Assembly (NCBI GenBank): GCA_050331235.1 | Contig: JBHJHA010000037.1 | Coordinates: forward strand, 1 to 58,357 | Direction: 5' to 3' | From: Leptolyngbyaceae cyanobacterium | Lineage (GTDB): Bacteria; Cyanobacteriota; Cyanobacteriia; Phormidesmidales; Phormidesmidaceae | DNA: 58,357 nt | In this document: one piece after another, positions 53,987 to 58,357 of the stretch | Position numbering within the stretch: the stretch's first letter is position 1 | Layout: each line of letters begins with the position of its first letter | Position numbers and translations under genes: made by a program | Notes under the pieces: generated by a model | Seen by the model: only the letters and a program-made list of their open reading frames with translations | What the model was told of the DNA's origin: nothing | Databases searched by the model: none

Positions 53987-54113
53987 GACGCCATGAGCTA
54001 TCCAGGCTCATGAGGATTGAAACTGAAGAATTTAGTAAAGGAGTACTCATATACTTACTGAGTACTCCTTTACTATTGAAGTGCATGGACTGAAACGACT
54101 CCTGTACTCTGGA
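53987..54113 (+). CRISPR. Minimal CRISPR locus: one full 37-nt repeat, a hairpin segment, then a short repeat plus homing spacer
   Basis: Repeat GACGCCATGAGCTATCCAGGCTCATGAGGATTGAAAC (53987-54023); short repeat GTGCATGGACTGAAAC (54081-54096); spacer GACTCCTGTACTCTGGA (54097-54113) matches the tRNA 3' end 16/17; leader-like GCGAACC...GGTTCGC upstream. Confidence 0.85.
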
Positions 54114-54147
54114 ATCGTAGGTTGTTGCTAGATGTATCAAGCCTTTA

Positions 54148-54211
54148 GCGACATTAATTCCGGAAAGCGACATTAATTCCGGAACGACGACAAATAAATC
54201 CGGATCGTACA
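54148..54211 (-). repeat. tRNA-proximal CAST end with three tandem TnsB-binding sites
   Basis: GCGACATTAATTCCGGAA x2, then CGACAAATAAATCCGGA and terminal CGTACA. Confidence 0.9.
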
Positions 54212-54241
54212 ACACCCCGATCATCAGCAGGGCAAATGAAG

Positions 54242-54314
54242 TCCAGGGTACAGGAGTCGAACCTGTCTAAGGCGAATTATGAGTTCGCTGCCTAATCCGC
54301 TCGGCCAACCCTGG
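54242..54314 (-). tRNA. tRNA with CAT anticodon (probably tRNA-Ile2, lysidine type; Met not excluded)
   Basis: CCAGGGT acceptor stem, GCGAA-CTCATAA-TTCGC anticodon arm, GGTTCGACTCC T arm, discriminator A, no encoded CCA. Confidence 0.92.
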
Positions 54315-54638
54315 TCGGCCTTACCATTTTATGCGAGAACTTTAATTTGTTGTGGGTTATATTAGGCAATCTGTTGCGGTTTGGCTCAACGGATCTCGAA
54401 ACGTTCAGAGGGGGTCAGTTCTTGGCTAAGGTCAGTGGCCCCGATCTCGAGTTCCAATTCTCGTCAGAGCGCTCGATCCGGAAAATGCTCGACGCACCTA
54501 CATTTGTTTGGCAGGGCTGGAAATTTACCATGCCAATTGGCGTTGAGCGTTTACCAGGAGGCCAACTGGGATGGAGCAGCAACATAGAAATGCCGACCTC
54601 GATGTTTCGCTAATCCTTCTTGCCAATGGGCGATCGCC

Positions 54639-55277
54639 ATGTTTCAGCAAGCTTTTGAATATGCCTTTTCCAATAGCGACAAGTTCATCGCTGCCTTACA
54701 CCAGCATTTATTGCTGATGGCGGTGCCACTGATCATCAGTCTGCTGGTGGGACTACCATTGGGGCTGTGGAGTGCTCATTCTAAGCTGGTTGCGACTTTG
54801 GTTATCAATGGTTTCAATGCACTGAGAGTGATTCCCAGTCTGGCGGTACTCTTTCTAGCAATTCCTGTATTGGGCCTAAGTTTTGCTTCGGCTACTGTGG
54901 CCCTGACTTTGCTAGCCATGCCGCCAATCTTGATCAGTACTGACGTCGCCTTTCGTAATATTGACCGCGCTATCGCCGAGGCTGCCACCGGCATGGGCAT
55001 GTCAACGGCACAGCGCCTGCGCCAAGTAGAAGTGCCCCTGGCTTTGCCTGTCGTCATCGCGGGTATTAAAACTTCGACGGTAGAGGTGATTGCCAGTGCC
55101 ACGCTTGCGGCTTTTGTCGGTGCGGGGGGCCTTGGCGACTTTATAGTTTTAGGCTTTGCGGCCTATGACCCAGCGATTTTACTTGTAGGGGCAGTTCCCG
55201 TGGCGCTAATGGCGCTGGTGGCAGAAGTCAGCTTGTCTTTAGTGCAGCGATCGCTGCAGCCACCGGCTCATAAATGA
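54639..55277 (+). CDS. Osmoprotectant (glycine betaine/choline) ABC transporter permease
   Basis: IPSLA, EAATGMGM, VPLALPVVIAG, GAGGLG (OpuBB/ProW-like). Confidence 0.88.
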   Translation: MFQQAFEYAFSNSDKFIAALHQHLLLMAVPLIISLLVGLPLGLWSAHSKLVATLVINGFNALRVIPSLAVLFLAIPVLGLSFASATVALTLLAMPPILISTDVAFRNIDRAIAEAATGMGMSTAQRLRQVEVPLALPVVIAGIKTSTVEVIASATLAAFVGAGGLGDFIVLGFAAYDPAILLVGAVPVALMALVAEVSLSLVQRSLQPPAHK

Positions 55278-55404
55278 GTCTCGTTCCTTAGAGAAAATCA
55301 GTCAAAGGGATGACGGTCAGCTATCCCACCACGGCTTGATGCCAAACATTCGAGGATTCGCAAATTGCACTAAACTCGTCCTGTTAAGGATTCAGAGATA
55401 GGTT

Positions 55405-56229
55405 ATGCCAGCACAATCAATAATCCCAATTGTAGTGAACGGTGCCTGCGGCAAGATGGGGCGGGAAGTTGTCAAGGCGATCGCTCAGGCCGATGATATG
55501 ACGCTGGTGGCCGCCATCGACAAAAATCCGACAGTATTGGGACAGGATATCGGTGAGGTAGCGGGATGCGGACCGCTCGAGGTGCCTGTAACGCCCGATT
55601 TAGAAGCAGCCTTAGTGCAGGCTCAAAGTGAAGGCCTAGCCGTCATGGTTGACTTCACCCATCCCGATACCATTTACAACTCAGTACGGGCAGCGATCGC
55701 CTATGGTGTGCGTCCCGTTGTAGGCACCACAGGATTGAGCCCTGAACAGATCAAAGATCTGGCCGAATTTGCCGACAAAGCCAGTATTGGCTGCTTGATC
55801 ATTCCCAATTTTTCGATTGGCGTTGTGCTTATGCAACAAGCGGCGCAGCAAGCGGCGCAGTACTTTGAGCATGTCGAGATTATCGAGCTGCATCACAACC
55901 AAAAGGCTGATGCACCTAGTGGTACCGCTATCCAAACGGCACAAATGCTCTCTAGACCTGATGCCACCTATAACCCCGCCCAGGTAGAAGAAACTGAAAA
56001 GATGTCAGGAGCACGGGGCAGCAGCACCGAAGACGGCATTCGCATTCATAGTGTCAGGCTGCCGGGTCTGATTGCTCACCAAGAGGTCATCTTTGGGGCC
56101 CCAGGTCAAATTTATACCCTCAGACATGATACGAGCGATCGCGCTTGCTACATGCCAGGCGTACTATTGGCAGTGCGGCGGATAATGCCGCTCAAGTCAC
56201 TTATTTATGGCTTGGATAAAATTTTGTAG
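55405..56229 (+). CDS. dapB: 4-hydroxy-tetrahydrodipicolinate reductase
   Basis: [36 protein letters not shown]. Confidence 0.96.
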   Translation: MPAQSIIPIVVNGACGKMGREVVKAIAQADDMTLVAAIDKNPTVLGQDIGEVAGCGPLEVPVTPDLEAALVQAQSEGLAVMVDFTHPDTIYNSVRAAIAYGVRPVVGTTGLSPEQIKDLAEFADKASIGCLIIPNFSIGVVLMQQAAQQAAQYFEHVEIIELHHNQKADAPSGTAIQTAQMLSRPDATYNPAQVEETEKMSGARGSSTEDGIRIHSVRLPGLIAHQEVIFGAPGQIYTLRHDTSDRACYMPGVLLAVRRIMPLKSLIYGLDKIL

Positions 56230-56259
56230 CGAGATCCAGCCTGTCTTGATTAAGAAATA

Positions 56260-56289
56260 GCCTGACCCTAAAGCCCCCAAGGGTCAGGC
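56260..56289. terminator. Stem-loop downstream of dapB
   Basis: GCCTGACCCT / AGGGTCAGGC 10-bp stem. Confidence 0.45.
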
Positions 56290-56671
56290 ATCTCACCTGT
56301 AAGGACGCCAAATGCAGAATGGTGAAACCGCTCTAAATTGCCCCCAAGAGTGGCTCTTTCATGCCTGCGTGCGTTCTCCAGAATTAACTCTATTGTGGTC
56401 TGCAGGCGGTGGAATGACTTCACAGAAACCACGCAAATGTGCATAAATTGCTGCTGAACTTTAGGTCTGTAGTCAGTGTATTCACGTTTGATATGGGTTG
56501 AATTCCAGGGAAGGTGAAGTCCTCTGATCAAGAAGGGTATAGAGACTGTTTGAGATATCCTCACCATGCACCATTGGCAAGTCCTACGAACGCTTTACCA
56601 GGCACGTCCGTGACAGAAAGTCTGCCGCTGGTTGAGTACGTTAGGGTTATAAGGCTTTAGTATGAACGGTT

Positions 56672-57796
56672 ATGGATCAGTATTTTGCAACGGTGGCACG
56701 GGGGCTCGAGGCAATCGCGGCTGAGGAACTTGATCGGCTGGGCGCTGTCAATTCCCAGCCGGAGTTCTGCGGCGTCGCTTTTGCTGGAGATCACGAGCTG
56801 CTTTACCGAGCCAATCTTTGGGCCCGACTCCCGTTTCGCATCCTGGCAAAGGTGGCAGAGTTTCCCTGTCGGGATGCGGAGGATCTGTATGCTGGTGTCC
56901 AAGGGATTGATTGGGAGCAGTACATCCATCCTCAGTTGACCCTAGCCGTTGCCGCCACAGGCAAGACAGCTGCGTTAAATCATACACATTTCACGGCACT
57001 CCAGGTCAAAAATGCCATCGTCGATCAGCAACGCGATCGCTTCCATGAGCGTTCCAGTGTCGATATTCATCAGCCCGATGTACAGGTCAACGTACACCTG
57101 TATCGCGATCGCGCCACCGTGAGCTTAGATAGCTCGGGGGAGAGTCTCCATCGGCGAGGCTATCGACCAGCGGTGGGCAAAGCACCGCTCAAAGAGTCTT
57201 TAGCCGCAGCGCTGGTGTACTTATCTGGGTGGCAGCCCCAGCAAGCATTTTGTGACCCGCTCTGTGGCTCGGGCACTTTGCCGCTGGAAGCCGCACTGAT
57301 GGGGCTTAATCGAGCTCCTGGTCTATTTCGCGATCGCTTCGGCTTTGAGTCATGGCCAGATTTTGATGAAGCGCTTTGGCAGCGCTTACGCCAGCAGGCG
57401 CAGCAGGATCAATTAGCAACTCTCAAGGCACCAGTCGTGGGCTGCGATCGCGATGCGCAGGTGGTCATTCAGGCCCGGAGCAACGCCAAAAACTGCCAAA
57501 TTGCTGACCAAATCACTCTACAGGTGCAAGAGTTGGCGGAGGTCGAGGCCCCAGCTTCTAGCGGTGTGGTGTTGTGCAATCCGCCCTATGGGGAACGGCT
57601 GGGCCGGGGGGAAGATTTGAGCTCTTTTTACAAATTGCTGGGAGACGTTTTGAAGCAACGATTCAAGGGGTGGACCGCGTTTGTGTTGAGCGGCAACAAG
57701 TCGCTCGCCAAATCGATTGGCCTCAAATCGTCCCAGCGCATTCCCATTTTGAATGGCAATCTGCCTTGTCAGCTGATGAAGTACGAGCTGTACTAG
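56672..57796 (+). CDS. THUMP-domain RNA methyltransferase (RlmL / N-terminal RlmKL type)
   Basis: YFATVARGLE, SLHRRGYR, APLKESLAA, DPLCGSGT, NPPYGER. Confidence 0.9.
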   Translation: MDQYFATVARGLEAIAAEELDRLGAVNSQPEFCGVAFAGDHELLYRANLWARLPFRILAKVAEFPCRDAEDLYAGVQGIDWEQYIHPQLTLAVAATGKTAALNHTHFTALQVKNAIVDQQRDRFHERSSVDIHQPDVQVNVHLYRDRATVSLDSSGESLHRRGYRPAVGKAPLKESLAAALVYLSGWQPQQAFCDPLCGSGTLPLEAALMGLNRAPGLFRDRFGFESWPDFDEALWQRLRQQAQQDQLATLKAPVVGCDRDAQVVIQARSNAKNCQIADQITLQVQELAEVEAPASSGVVLCNPPYGERLGRGEDLSSFYKLLGDVLKQRFKGWTAFVLSGNKSLAKSIGLKSSQRIPILNGNLPCQLMKYELY

Positions 57797-58357
57797 CCAT
57801 AGCAAACCGCAGATAGGTTGAGCTGATCCTAGGTATCAACAAAGGCCTGGTCAACGACGGCTCGGAAAGATTCACCGGCCTGAATTTTCTTTCGCATTCG
57901 ATTCTTCAAGACGAACCACCAATGCTCAATCGGATTGAGGTCGGGCGAATACGGTGGCAAGTACAGTAGACGACCCCCCGCTTGCTCTACCAGCGATTGA
58001 ATCCGTCCGCCTTTGTGGAAGGTCGCGTTATCGCAAATGATCACCGTTCCCGGCGCTAAGGTCGGCAGCAATGCCTGCTCCAACCAGGTCTCGAAAACGT
58101 TGCGGTTGCAGTAGCCTTCGTAAGTCATCGGGGCTAGCATGGTCTCCTGGCATAAGGCTGCGATAAAACTGACCCGCTCGCGACGACGGCCTCGTTGCTC
58201 GGCGGCAAACCGCTCACCGCGCTTGCACCACCCGTAGCTGTAGTCCTCTGTATTATCGATGCCCGCCTCATCGAGATAGACACAGTTGTGTGGCTCAAGT
58301 CGTTCCATCTCAACTAGAAACGCTTGACGCTTGTTGGCATCCCGTTCGTGGCAGGCG
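57794..58357 (-). mobile_element. IS630-family insertion sequence (partial, runs off window end)
   Basis: Transposase on the minus strand ends at 57829; the element end plausibly abuts the TA at 57794-57795. Confidence 0.72.
57829..58357 (-). CDS. IS630-family transposase, DDE portion (5' partial)
   Basis: YLDEAG, ICDNATFH, YLPPYSPDLNPIEHWW; the frame stays open to the window edge. Confidence 0.9.
   Translation of the reverse strand, partial: ACHERDANKRQAFLVEMERLEPHNCVYLDEAGIDNTEDYSYGWCKRGERFAAEQRGRRRERVSFIAALCQETMLAPMTYEGYCNRNVFETWLEQALLPTLAPGTVIICDNATFHKGGRIQSLVEQAGGRLLYLPPYSPDLNPIEHWWFVLKNRMRKKIQAGESFRAVVDQAFVDT

Larger units (their letters stand above)
39191..54211 (+). mobile_element. 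Type V-K CRISPR-associated Tn7-like transposon (CAST), 15,021 bp
   Basis: Inverted ends TGTACG(G/A)TCCGGATTTATTTG; 5-bp duplication ACACC at 39186-39190 and 54212-54216; contains tnsB, tnsC, tniQ, cas12k, tracrRNA and homing spacer; adjacent to a tRNA. Confidence 0.95.

Noticed and set aside
53498..54224. Short ORFs over the tracrRNA/CRISPR region
   Set aside because: The region is explained by the tracrRNA, leader, repeat and end; the ORFs have no recognisable motifs.
54347..54613. 88-aa ORF between the tRNA and the ABC permease
   Set aside because: TTG start overlaps the probable tRNA promoter and no family is recognisable; could be a remnant but unsupported.
56268..56567. 99-aa minus-strand ORF after dapB
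   Set aside because: No recognisable motif; left uncalled without a homology search.

Overview
Cyanobacterial chromosomal DNA (HIP1 octamer GCGATCGC is frequent). The left ~38.6 kb is a dense signalling region: EAL and GGDEF proteins, an RcaC-like regulator, several PAS/GAF histidine kinases (one of 3004 aa, one with a cyanobacteriochrome GAF) and a STAND-WD40 protein. It also holds a BASS transporter, a small secreted repeat peptide and an esterase/SDR/FMO operon. The right part carries a delimited 15,021-bp type V-K CRISPR-associated transposon (39191-54211; TGTAC...GTACA ends, ACACC target duplication) inserted next to the 3' end of a tRNA-CAT gene. It contains tnsB-tnsC-tniQ, an IS21, a truncated nested resolvase/DDE transposon with cargo, cas12k, tracrRNA, a one-repeat array and a tRNA-matching homing spacer. 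tnsC and cas12k each carry one in-frame stop. Directly abutting the element is a fossil of an older, related CAST (cas12k fragment, its own homing crRNA and an end) that targeted the same tRNA site at a different distance. An ABC permease, dapB, an RlmL-type methyltransferase and partial IS630 elements at both edges complete the window. All calls come from reading motifs by eye; no database searches were run.
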